From positions 43,861-107,860 of IMG/VR virus record IMGVR_UViG_3300017786_000003: 64,000 bases of DNA. One strand, written 5' to 3'. Shown piece after piece: positions 9,802-18,390 of this stretch. Source of the stretch: a virus. The translations under genes and the position numbers were made by a program. Position 1 is the stretch's first letter; each line of letters starts with the position of its first letter. Under the pieces are notes generated by a model. It saw only the letters and a program-made list of their open reading frames with translations. It was not told the DNA's origin and did no database searches.

Positions 9802-9885
9802 CTATTTATTAAGTAGATGTGATCCATCACAGATTCCATCAGGATTCTGAGTATTACCACATACACATTGAGTTCTATTTTTCAT
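9802..9885 (-). CDS. 27-aa CDGSH iron-sulfur micro-protein (not in ORF track)
   Basis: MKNRTQCVCGNTQNPDGICDGSHLLNK; fills the gap between ORFs at 9887 and 9796. Confidence 0.8.
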   Translation of the reverse strand: MKNRTQCVCGNTQNPDGICDGSHLLNK

Positions 9886-9886
9886 A

Positions 9887-10162
9887 TTATTTTTTCATTT
9901 TACCTAAAGTTAATGCTAACCTTGCACGTTGTGCAGTCTTACCACTACCTTTAGCTTTTTGTCTCAACCAAGACTTCTTAATAGTTCCATCAGCTTTCAT
10001 TGCTCCTGCTCTTTTAGCAGTTGCTTTTAAGGCTCCTGGCTTTTTAATTGCCCCCTTGATCCAGTTCTTACCAGATTTTTTTGCACCACCTTTTTTATAA
10101 GACACTACACTCTTAGGCATAGTTCCTTTTTTCTTAGCTGGCTTAATTTTTTTTGCTGGCAT
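9887..10162 (-). CDS. Small Lys-rich putative DNA-binding/core protein
   Basis: Very basic; YKKGG linker followed by NWIKGAIKKPGAL...RARLALTL module. Confidence 0.75.
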   Translation of the reverse strand: MPAKKIKPAKKKGTMPKSVVSYKKGGAKKSGKNWIKGAIKKPGALKATAKRAGAMKADGTIKKSWLRQKAKGSGKTAQRARLALTLGKMKK

Positions 10163-10167
10163 AATTA

Positions 10168-10581
10168 CTATTTTTTACTTCTTCTTCCTTGAGCACTTGA
10201 TCTGTTACCAGAATAAGCTCTTTTACCTGCAGCTCTTTTAGCTCCTTTACTTTCATTTCTTCTAGACTTCATAGATTGTTTTTTCTTACCTCTTCTCATT
10301 CCTAGAGATTCATCTAATCTAGAATTGTATCCTTGCTTTTTCTTCTTTTTAACTGCTCCTCCTTTTTTATAAACATCCATTACATCTCCTCCTTCTTGCA
10401 TTCCCATGAGACCTCCCATATCTGCAAATTTTCTTTGTTTATTCATTCTTTCTGGAGAGACAAATGGGTCTCCATCTCCGGTAGTCATACCCATTCTTGC
10501 GTACATTTTTTGACCACCCTTTTGTTTTTTCATAAGTTTATCTAACTTTTTACTTGCTTTATAACCTGATTGTGCTGGCAT
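10168..10581 (-). CDS. Basic protein with multiple xxGG linkers
   Basis: QKGG, DMGG, QEGG, KKGG; K/R-rich C-terminal module. Confidence 0.75.
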   Translation of the reverse strand: MPAQSGYKASKKLDKLMKKQKGGQKMYARMGMTTGDGDPFVSPERMNKQRKFADMGGLMGMQEGGDVMDVYKKGGAVKKKKKQGYNSRLDESLGMRRGKKKQSMKSRRNESKGAKRAAGKRAYSGNRSSAQGRRSKK

Positions 10582-10593
10582 GATTTCTATTTT

Positions 10594-11061
10594 TTATTTG
10601 TTATTACTAATTGACTTAAATTTTTCTGCCCCTCTGCTTCCAAAGTAGGCTACATAAACGGTAATGAGAAGTGACTTGAGTAAATCTACCCAGCCAGCAT
10701 CAATACCAAACTCTATGTCAAAACCATCTAACAAAATAAATATAACTAATGAAACAGTTAAAAATATTAATGTTAAAGGTCTTGTGTTCTTACTTAGATA
10801 TGAATCAGATTGCATATCCGCCTGCCATCTTTTGCTGACTTCTTGCATCTCAACCATATCCATCTCTAAAAGCTTTAATGCTTTTTCTTTATCTTCTGGT
10901 GGTAACACAGCAGGGTCTTCCTTCTCTATAAGAGATTTAACCATGCCAAGTACACCTGCATCTGGAAGTAAGTCTCCAGCTACGCCTAACAGACTAGGAA
11001 CTTTCTCAACAAGAAATTTTCCCACTCTGGTGTCTTTGAATTTTTTCTTTCCTTTGCTCAT
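10594..11061 (-). CDS. Holin (3TM/GTA-type holin family)
   Basis: RWQADMQSDSYLSKNTRP, two hydrophobic helices, YFGSRGAEK. Confidence 0.75.
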   Translation of the reverse strand: MSKGKKKFKDTRVGKFLVEKVPSLLGVAGDLLPDAGVLGMVKSLIEKEDPAVLPPEDKEKALKLLEMDMVEMQEVSKRWQADMQSDSYLSKNTRPLTLIFLTVSLVIFILLDGFDIEFGIDAGWVDLLKSLLITVYVAYFGSRGAEKFKSISNNK

Positions 11062-11063
11062 AA

Positions 11064-11471
11064 TTATTTTTTCTTACTTGCAGTTACTTTACTTTCACCT
11101 TTAGTTACTGTAACATCTGTGTCAGTAACATCTACCTGCATTGGATCATCTTCTTTATCAGACAACTCTTTAATCAAGCTCTTAATTATTTCTAACTCAG
11201 GCTTCTCTTCTTTTTCTTTTGCTCCAACTATATGTTGTAATATACCTATCAATGCCATTGCTGCTGTAGATACCAAACCAATAACTGCTGTTAGTGCTCC
11301 ACCTTCTAAAGCTGTAGAACTTACTACACCTATTACTACTAATACTGTGATATAATTTATAGCATGTTTACCTAAATGTTTAGATGCTATTTCTTTAGCT
11401 GTACTTTGAGCTACAATTTTATCAATCTCAATCTTTGCTAATACTTCTTCTTTTAATTTTTCTCTACTCAT
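11064..11471 (-). CDS. Two-TM membrane protein (possible lysis accessory)
   Basis: Two hydrophobic segments; adjacent to the holin. Confidence 0.65.
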   Translation of the reverse strand: MSREKLKEEVLAKIEIDKIVAQSTAKEIASKHLGKHAINYITVLVVIGVVSSTALEGGALTAVIGLVSTAAMALIGILQHIVGAKEKEEKPELEIIKSLIKELSDKEDDPMQVDVTDTDVTVTKGESKVTASKKK

Positions 11472-11474
11472 AAC

Positions 11475-12317
11475 TTAAGGATATATTCTTATTTCTACTC
11501 CTGTTCTTATTAATTCACTGTCACCAAGACTACCATTTTCCTGGGTGCTTAACTGAAAGCTTGCAGTAGTAGCACCAAATATATTAATCACTACTGTTTG
11601 ATTTTTTAAATTACCTTGTACAGGTGCAAAAAATACTTTATCCATATCAGCTAGAGCTGTGTCCCAAGTACCTCTATACACTCCTGTAGTTATACGTGTC
11701 CAAGTAATATTATTACCTGTTGTATTTTCTAATACTGTTGCAGCTGGTGCACCGGTTCCAGATTGATTTAACAAAGCAGTGTAGCTTGTATACGGCCTTC
11801 CACCTGTGGAATTTATTGTTATTTCATTTGCACTTTGTGACACAGTAACATTTGTACCTTGCACAATACTTCTAAAATTAAGGGTCTCCCCTACTTTATC
11901 TTTAAAAATTTGTGATCCACCACCTACATTTGCTGCAGTATTTGGTTCACCACTTGTTGTTATCTCTACATAATCATCATCTGATGAATTAGCAAGAGTA
12001 AGGTTGCTGCTCAGAGACTTTAGTGATCTAAAATAAACAGTACATGTTTCTTCAACATCATCAGATTCTGTCTTCTGATATACTTGACCTGTGCCAGCAG
12101 CTGGATTAGCTGGAGAATTTGCGTGTGCACAATGTTCTGCAGCAACCTTAAAATCTCTCACCTTTATCACCTTTACACTTTTGTATGGTATAGGAGATGC
12201 TACACCTGTCATATCAGGCTTTTCATTCACCCCTAAAATCAATACATCGTCTAACTCAGCCTTCTTAGCAAAAACAGATCTTCTTATTAAACTTAATACA
12301 TCAGTTAAAATGTTCAT
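11475..12317 (-). CDS. Short fibre/virion appendage protein
   Basis: N-terminus shared with the other two fibres; LNFRSIVQGTNVTV fibre-like motif. Confidence 0.7.
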   Translation of the reverse strand: MNILTDVLSLIRRSVFAKKAELDDVLILGVNEKPDMTGVASPIPYKSVKVIKVRDFKVAAEHCAHANSPANPAAGTGQVYQKTESDDVEETCTVYFRSLKSLSSNLTLANSSDDDYVEITTSGEPNTAANVGGGSQIFKDKVGETLNFRSIVQGTNVTVSQSANEITINSTGGRPYTSYTALLNQSGTGAPAATVLENTTGNNITWTRITTGVYRGTWDTALADMDKVFFAPVQGNLKNQTVVINIFGATTASFQLSTQENGSLGDSELIRTGVEIRIYP

Positions 12318-12619
12318 TTTTTCTTCTTCTTATTCTTTTTCTTATAAGAAGATGTCCATCCCCCTATCTTGTATGGTTGTTTTGATTCAGTACCATCTGC
12401 TCTTTTTGCATTCCTTAAAGCATTGCCTCCCTTTTGCATCTTATTTATTAAAGAGTTAAGAGATACATCTGCTAGGTCTAGTTCACCACCAAGCATTTTA
12501 CCAGATACGTCCATTGATCCTTCTTTAAGCATATCATCTATTGCGGCTGCTTGAGCCCCATGCATTTTAGATGCTTTCTTTAATGCACCAGATATTTCTT
12601 TTAACTTCTTCTTTGCCAT
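12314..12619 (-). CDS. Small basic protein with xxGG linkers
   Basis: MLGG, QKGG, KIGG; Lys-rich ends. Confidence 0.7.
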   Translation of the reverse strand: MAKKKLKEISGALKKASKMHGAQAAAIDDMLKEGSMDVSGKMLGGELDLADVSLNSLINKMQKGGNALRNAKRADGTESKQPYKIGGWTSSYKKKNKKKKK

Positions 12620-12624
12620 GTCTT

Positions 12625-12726
12625 TTACTTTTTACAATCCTTTTTTTTACATACCCCTTCTTTACACCAGCCTAAGCAAACGTATCCAAAGGTTATCCAT
12701 TTTATAAATACACAAATATTTCTCAT
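12625..12726 (-). CDS. 33-aa Cys-rich peptide (not in ORF track)
   Basis: MRNICVFIKWITFGYVCLGWCKEGVCKKKDCKK; ATGA overlap with the upstream ORF, stop 5 nt before the next start. Confidence 0.6.
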   Translation of the reverse strand: MRNICVFIKWITFGYVCLGWCKEGVCKKKDCKK

Positions 12727-12857
12727 TTTCCTTGTCCTCTATAGAGTTTTTTATAATTTTTACTTGACATCACACTTGAGTGTTTTGTCTTTGCATGAAT
12801 CCCAGGTCTTTTTCTTCTTCTAGGTTTCTCATAAGTTGAAGGGAGAATCCGTGCCAT
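12723..12857 (-). CDS. 44-aa basic peptide ending YRGQGK (not in ORF track)
   Basis: MARILPSTYEKPRRRKRPGIHAKTKHSSVMSSKNYKKLYRGQGK; TAATG overlap with the upstream ORF. Confidence 0.7.
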   Translation of the reverse strand: MARILPSTYEKPRRRKRPGIHAKTKHSSVMSSKNYKKLYRGQGK

Positions 12858-13105
12858 TACTTCTTAGGCTTTCTTCCTTTACGCTTCTTTCCTGTTATTG
12901 CACCTGGTACGTCTCCAAGCTGATTACCTACTTCTTTTATTGCTCTAGCAACATCCGCTAGTTCAGCTTTAGTTAGTTGGTAATGTTCTAAACTTTTTTT
13001 CATAGCTGCAACAACTTTTTCATCTACTTCTGTCTTAGACCATAATTTTACCCAGTAATCTTGTGGGCTATAAGTCCATAATACATTTATAATTTTCTTA
13101 AACAT
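12857..13105 (-). CDS. Hypothetical protein (82 aa)
   Basis: First gene downstream of a putative late promoter. Confidence 0.7.
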   Translation of the reverse strand: MFKKIINVLWTYSPQDYWVKLWSKTEVDEKVVAAMKKSLEHYQLTKAELADVARAIKEVGNQLGDVPGAITGKKRKGRKPKK

Positions 13106-13131
13106 AATAAATTGTTTTACTCTTTATATAA

Positions 13132-13143
13132 ATAATATACAAA
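13132..13143 (-). promoter_or_regulatory. Putative phage late promoter motif TTTGTATATTAT
   Basis: Second exact copy at 13206-13217; variants upstream of other - strand genes. Confidence 0.5.
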
Positions 13144-13247
13144 TTTTGTCTCACTTTAGCAACAGAATCCGTTATATATGTGCTATCTTTGTTAGCCTTG
13201 TATCTATAATATACAAAAATAAATTCACTAAAATAAATTAAATCAAC

Positions 13248-13436
13248 ATGGAAGAAACCGCAAATAAATCTAATTCATATACATTTAGTATAGATTTACT
13301 CCCTAAAGAAACTTTACTTGGAATACATACTGTAGATTGTCAAGTAGACTTAAATGAAGATGGAGTTTTACATGATATGAAAGGAATACAATTTGGTTTT
13401 ATATTTTTAACCATAAACTGTATGAAAATATATTAA
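13248..13436 (+). CDS. Small hypothetical protein leading the nrd island
   Basis: ATG ORF after an A-rich leader. Confidence 0.6.
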   Translation: MEETANKSNSYTFSIDLLPKETLLGIHTVDCQVDLNEDGVLHDMKGIQFGFIFLTINCMKIY

Positions 13437-13462
13437 TTTTTCATACATTATAATTACTTGAC

Positions 13463-13499
13463 AGCTGCACTGCTCACTAGCAGGAGTGCAGCTATTTTA
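13463..13499 (+). terminator. Hairpin (terminator/attenuator) upstream of nrdB
   Basis: AGCTGCACT...AGTGCAGCT stem followed by ATTTTAT. Confidence 0.5.
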
Positions 13500-13524
13500 T
13501 CTATAACAAATAAACATCCTTAAT

Positions 13525-14502
13525 ATGAAAGACATCTTTAAACCTAGACTCAATATTCTACCCTATGAATACCCACAATTATTAGCATATAAAGATGCCA
13601 TTAGACATTCCTATTGGATTGATACAGAATTTAATTTTACTGAAGATATACAGGACTTTAAAGTGACTATTAATCCTAGAGAAAGAGATGTTATAAAAAA
13701 GACTATGTTAGCTATTGCACAAATAGAAGTTAATGTTAAAACTTTCTGGGCTGACATATATAAACGTATGCCTATTACAGAGATAGGAGATGTAGGAATG
13801 ACATTTGCTGAGTCAGAAGTAAGACATAAAGATGCTTATGCTAGACTGTTGAGAATCTTAGGTTTAGAAGAAGAATTTAAAAATGTTGTTGAGGTACCAG
13901 CAATAAAAGGAAGGCTTAAATATTTAAAAAAATATTTAGATGGTACAAGATCTAAAGACAACAAAATGTATACTAAATCTGTTTTACTATTCTCTTTATT
14001 TATAGAGCATGTTAGTTTGTTTAGCCAGTTCTTAATTATGATGAGCTTTAATAAAGAAAAGAATGTACTAAAGGGTATATCTAATGTTGTAGAAGCAACA
14101 AGCAAAGAAGAAGAAATACACGGTAACTTTGGAGCAGAGTTAATTAATATTATTAAAGAAGAAAACCCGGAATGGTTTGACAAAGACTTTGAAGATCTAA
14201 TACACTCAGCATGCAATAAAGCATATAAAGCAGAGTGTTGTATATTGGACTGGATATTTGAAAAAGGAGAACTAGACTTCTTACCAAAAGAAACTATAAA
14301 GAATTTTATCAAGAATAGATTCAATAATTCACTTGAAAAAATTGGGATGCCAACTTTATTTATTGTAGATTTGGATCTGTTAGAGTCTACAGAATGGTTT
14401 GACATTGAGGTTACTGCAACAAAAGAAGGAGACTTCTTCTACAAGAAAAGTGTTGACTATAATAAAAAGAGTAAAAGCATAACTGAAGATGACTTATTTT
14501 AA
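13525..14502 (+). CDS. nrdB: Ribonucleotide reductase class I beta subunit (class Id-like)
   Basis: Ferritin-like ligands QIEV, ESEVRH..AY, FIEH, EEEIH; C-terminal DFF...Y...DLF. Confidence 0.95.
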   Translation: MKDIFKPRLNILPYEYPQLLAYKDAIRHSYWIDTEFNFTEDIQDFKVTINPRERDVIKKTMLAIAQIEVNVKTFWADIYKRMPITEIGDVGMTFAESEVRHKDAYARLLRILGLEEEFKNVVEVPAIKGRLKYLKKYLDGTRSKDNKMYTKSVLLFSLFIEHVSLFSQFLIMMSFNKEKNVLKGISNVVEATSKEEEIHGNFGAELINIIKEENPEWFDKDFEDLIHSACNKAYKAECCILDWIFEKGELDFLPKETIKNFIKNRFNNSLEKIGMPTLFIVDLDLLESTEWFDIEVTATKEGDFFYKKSVDYNKKSKSITEDDLF

Positions 14503-14504
14503 TT

Positions 14505-16130
14505 ATGGAATATAAAAAATACTACTGGCTAAATGAAAATAGTAGAACCTTTTTATCTAGAGGTTATATAACAGAATCACCAGAACAAAGAATAAAAGAC
14601 ATAGCTAATAAAGCAGAGAAATATCTTCATATGCCTGGCTTTGCTGAAAAGTTTGAGAACTATATGTCTAAAGGATTTTACTCACTATCTACTCCTGTAT
14701 GGATAAACTTTGGTAAACCAAAAGGTTTGCCTATTAGTTGTTACGGATCCAATATAGATGATAACTTAAATAGTATACTTAATGCAGGACGTGAGATTGG
14801 AATGATGTCAAAATATGGTGGAGGTACAAGTTGCTTTTTAGGGAATATAAGACCTAGAGGATCAAAGATATCTACAGGAGGCTTAGCTGATGGACCAGTA
14901 CACTATGCTAGAATATATGATACAGTTGTAGATGTATGTAAACAATCTGAAGCAAGGCGTGGAGCCTGTGCAGCATATCTACCATTAGAGCATCCAGACA
15001 TAGATGAGTTCTTAGATATAGGTACTGAGGGAAATCCAATACAAAACTTACAGTATGGTATTACAGTTTCTGATGCTTGGTTGAGATCTATGAAAGCAGG
15101 TAGTAAAGATAAACGTAAGATATGGGCTAAAGTAATTCAAAGAAGATCTGAGTTTGGATATCCTTATATAATGTTCAAAGACAATTCTAATAAGAACACT
15201 CCATACAATGAGATAGGAATGGAAATCACAGCATCAAACTTATGTTCAGAAATCCAACTACCAACAGACACCTATAACTCCTTTGTGTGTTGTTTGGGTT
15301 CTATTAACTTACTACACTGGGATGAGATAATAAAGACTGATGCAATAGAAACGTATGTATTCTTTTTGAATGCTGTTATGGATGAGTTCATTAAGAAAGC
15401 GGAAGTAAAAGCTGGCCTTAAAAGAGCATATAACTTTGCTAGCAAACATAGAGCTATTGGTTTAGGTGTGTTAGGTTATCACAGTTTGTTTCAGTCAAAG
15501 CTAATAGAGTTTGAATCATTAGCTGCTAAACAACTAAACAATCATATATTTAAACATTTAAAAGAAGTATCAGATGAAGCATCAAGATGGTTATATGAAC
15601 ACAGGGGATATAGATCCCTACGAGAAGGCTATGCAAACACAACTCTTATGGCTATTGCTCCTACTAAATCAAGTTCATTTATCCACGGTGCTGTATCTAT
15701 GGGTATTGAGCCAATAAAATCTAACTACTTTATCAAAGATCTTGCTAAGTCTAAGACGGTGTATAAGAACCCATTCTTAGTAGAAGAGTTAGAAAAGTAT
15801 GGTCTTAATAATAAAAAGACATGGGATAGTATATTAAAGAAAGATGGATCTGTACAGCACTTAAACTTCCCAACAAAAGAAGTATTTAAATCATTCATTG
15901 AAATAAGTCCTAAAGAACTAGTACTACAAGCAGCACAAAGACAAAAGTATATTGATCAGTCACAGTCATTAAACTTAATGATTGACCCGTCTGTATCAGC
16001 TAAAGATATTAATAAGCTTTATTTATATGCACATGAAGAAGGAGTAAAAACACTATACTATCAGTTTAGTATAAGTTCTGCTCAAGACTTTGCTAGAAAC
16101 ATATTAGAGTGTGCAAGCTGTGAAGGATAA
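14505..16130 (+). CDS. nrdA: Ribonucleotide reductase class I alpha subunit (short, no ATP cone)
   Basis: PISC, SNLCSEI, AIAPT, KTLYY, C-terminal CASC. Confidence 0.95.
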   Translation: MEYKKYYWLNENSRTFLSRGYITESPEQRIKDIANKAEKYLHMPGFAEKFENYMSKGFYSLSTPVWINFGKPKGLPISCYGSNIDDNLNSILNAGREIGMMSKYGGGTSCFLGNIRPRGSKISTGGLADGPVHYARIYDTVVDVCKQSEARRGACAAYLPLEHPDIDEFLDIGTEGNPIQNLQYGITVSDAWLRSMKAGSKDKRKIWAKVIQRRSEFGYPYIMFKDNSNKNTPYNEIGMEITASNLCSEIQLPTDTYNSFVCCLGSINLLHWDEIIKTDAIETYVFFLNAVMDEFIKKAEVKAGLKRAYNFASKHRAIGLGVLGYHSLFQSKLIEFESLAAKQLNNHIFKHLKEVSDEASRWLYEHRGYRSLREGYANTTLMAIAPTKSSSFIHGAVSMGIEPIKSNYFIKDLAKSKTVYKNPFLVEELEKYGLNNKKTWDSILKKDGSVQHLNFPTKEVFKSFIEISPKELVLQAAQRQKYIDQSQSLNLMIDPSVSAKDINKLYLYAHEEGVKTLYYQFSISSAQDFARNILECASCEG

Positions 16131-16131
16131 T

Positions 16132-17682
16132 TTATGAGTTTTCTAATGCTTTTACTTTAGCTGATAAATCTTGTATTGCTTTTACTAGAACAGGTATTAA
16201 TCTACCATATGTAGCTTCTAGTTTTTCCGGATTAACATCATATACTAATCTTGTATATTCATCATCAACTTCTTGTAAGTCTTGAGCTACAAAACCTACA
16301 TCTTTTAAACCTTTTTTAGCACCATCTCTTCTATCCCACTCAAACGTTACTGGTTTTAAATTATCTACAAAGTCTAATCCATATACAGAATCTTTAATAT
16401 CTTTTTTATCACGCTTATCTGATAAAGCTGTTATGCTTGTTACTTGACATCTTAAAGCAGCTGTACTAGAATTACCTAAAGTTATTTCATTACTTACAGT
16501 TAAACTACTAGGCTCAGCTTGATCACCTATAACTATATTGTTATTACCTGTAGTGGCTCCATCATTTGCTTTCCAACCAATTGCTATGTTTTGATTAGCT
16601 GAGATAAGTCCTTCTAATGCATAAGCACCTAAAGCTATATTAAAATTACCATCTTGTAAGTTTTTTAAACAAGATCTACCAACACCAACATTATTAGTAC
16701 TTTGGCCTGGATTTACACTTTTAATTTCTGCACCTACAAATGTATCAGCTAAACTTAATGTACATTCCATACCAGCTTCAAAACCTATAGCAGTGTTTGA
16801 TGGTACCGCAAACATTGCAGATACATTTTGTTTGGCTAATGCTTTATAACCTACAGCTGTACATTGAACTTCATTATTTTCTAAATTTAAAGCATTAAAC
16901 CCAAAAGCTGTATTACCACTATCTCCTGGTACTCCACCACCTTGACCAAGTAGGCTTGCTCCAGCCCCTATACCAAAAGCTGTAACACCTGCTTGAGTTG
17001 TTGCTGGATTTGCTCCTTGCATAAAAGTTCCTGAAGCTGGTGAATATTGAATTGGATTTGTCTCAATAATATTACCAGTACTATTAACAGATAAATTAAA
17101 TGTAGGTGTACCAGTTTTGCTACCAGACCCATAATCTACAAACTTTACAGATTTATGCAAATCTATTTCTTCTGCTCCTGACGTAGTCTTAATCTCAAGC
17201 ATTGGATTATTTCCAGCAGCTCCAAACTTTAAACCTAGCCCAGCCCAGTTATATAAAAATCCAAAACCTCCCCCGTCATCATCCCATCCGAATGAAACTT
17301 TAGCAACTTTATCTTGTTGTATCACAAATTCAGGATCACCAAGAGTTACACTACTAGGTTTATTTATAATAAATCTATCACAATCGTTAACTCTCATTTG
17401 ATACAAACCAGTAGATAACTGTGGAGATTGCTCTAACTTACTATCTGCTAAAGTTCCCTTTGGGCCGTCTGACCATAGAGGAACAAAGTTTGTTGTACCA
17501 GAGTTTAATGAAGTTCTAAATTCTTCAAAAGTAATAAGTCTATTCTCCATCTTAGGATCATATGCATAAATACCTTCTGGCCCTTGTATTCTTCCTAAAA
17601 TTATATAGTTGTTTGGATCTACTTTCTTTGCTACTTTCTTTCTAGAAAGTAATCCCATCATATCTTGTAAAATATTTCCCAT
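16132..17682 (-). CDS. Tail fibre/spike with C-terminal intramolecular chaperone (peptidase S74-like)
   Basis: N(T/I)A(I/V/L/F)G..AL repeats; SDKRDKKDI...LKPVTFEW...GFVAQDL and terminal coiled coil. Confidence 0.88.
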   Translation of the reverse strand: MGNILQDMMGLLSRKKVAKKVDPNNYIILGRIQGPEGIYAYDPKMENRLITFEEFRTSLNSGTTNFVPLWSDGPKGTLADSKLEQSPQLSTGLYQMRVNDCDRFIINKPSSVTLGDPEFVIQQDKVAKVSFGWDDDGGGFGFLYNWAGLGLKFGAAGNNPMLEIKTTSGAEEIDLHKSVKFVDYGSGSKTGTPTFNLSVNSTGNIIETNPIQYSPASGTFMQGANPATTQAGVTAFGIGAGASLLGQGGGVPGDSGNTAFGFNALNLENNEVQCTAVGYKALAKQNVSAMFAVPSNTAIGFEAGMECTLSLADTFVGAEIKSVNPGQSTNNVGVGRSCLKNLQDGNFNIALGAYALEGLISANQNIAIGWKANDGATTGNNNIVIGDQAEPSSLTVSNEITLGNSSTAALRCQVTSITALSDKRDKKDIKDSVYGLDFVDNLKPVTFEWDRRDGAKKGLKDVGFVAQDLQEVDDEYTRLVYDVNPEKLEATYGRLIPVLVKAIQDLSAKVKALENS

Positions 17683-17694
17683 TGGTTTGTGGTT

Positions 17695-18099
17695 TTAAAA
17701 TTGTGATTCTCTTTTGCAATCATCAATAGAAAGCTGCAACTCTTCTAGTGTCACTGGACATACAAGATCAAGCCCTGCTTTGAATGCAGCATACTTAAAT
17801 CCATCCTTATCAAATACAATGATTGTTGGAGCCATTCGTACTCTATACTTTTTCTTTGCTTTTAGGTTCTCTGATATATCCGCCCTATAGTATTTTACAC
17901 CTGTTAGTTTTCCCCAGTCCTTAAAAGAGTTATCGTCATTAAATTCTGCCCAAAACTCTACTACAACCAAAACATCTAAATCGTCAAATGCAGAATTACC
18001 TACTACAGACTTTTCAAAATCTTTATCCGTTAACCAATCTTGTCCATTAACTGTAGTACTAAACAGTAAAAAAAAGAAACATAATACTGCTCTTTTCAT
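17695..18099 (-). CDS. Exported thioredoxin-fold protein lacking CxxC
   Basis: Signal peptide ...VNG|QD; VVVEFWAEFN in place of WCxxC; MAPT cis-Pro loop. Confidence 0.75.
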   Translation of the reverse strand: MKRAVLCFFFLLFSTTVNGQDWLTDKDFEKSVVGNSAFDDLDVLVVVEFWAEFNDDNSFKDWGKLTGVKYYRADISENLKAKKKYRVRMAPTIIVFDKDGFKYAAFKAGLDLVCPVTLEELQLSIDDCKRESQF

Positions 18100-18102
18100 A
18101 GT

Positions 18103-18384
18103 TTATTTTTTAGTTAAATCATAGATTCTCTCTTCCATTTTCTCAAACTTCTCAAGGAGCATCTCTACATCCTCTTGGGTATCCATAATTGTTTGTCTTA
18201 CTAGTTCATCTTTTAGATCATACTCAACCCTGTCTATAACTGGCTTGGGCATTTCCATTGCATGAGCTATATCTGCTTGGAGTGTAAACCACATTGTTGC
18301 TAATGTGATAGTAAATCCTACAATCATACCTATTGTTTTTAAGTCTAATGTTACCTGAGTTTCTTCTCCTATTTTCTGTGCCAT
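18103..18384 (-). CDS. Single-TM membrane protein with coiled coil
   Basis: TIGMIVGFTITLATMWFTL helix followed by an amphipathic helix. Confidence 0.75.
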   Translation of the reverse strand: MAQKIGEETQVTLDLKTIGMIVGFTITLATMWFTLQADIAHAMEMPKPVIDRVEYDLKDELVRQTIMDTQEDVEMLLEKFEKMEERIYDLTKK

Positions 18385-18390
18385 TTTATT

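Noticed and set aside
9819-10100. 93-aa + strand ORF
   Set aside because: Overlaps the - strand basic protein and the CDGSH micro-ORF, which fit the operon better
5552-17682. CRISPR array, diversity-generating retroelement or invertible fibre cassette
   Set aside because: Repeats are degenerate and protein-level only; no reverse transcriptase, recombinase or near-identical DNA repeats seen
17695-18099. Thioredoxin serving the ribonucleotide reductase
   Set aside because: It lacks CxxC and has a signal peptide, so it is unlikely to be the cytoplasmic RNR reductant
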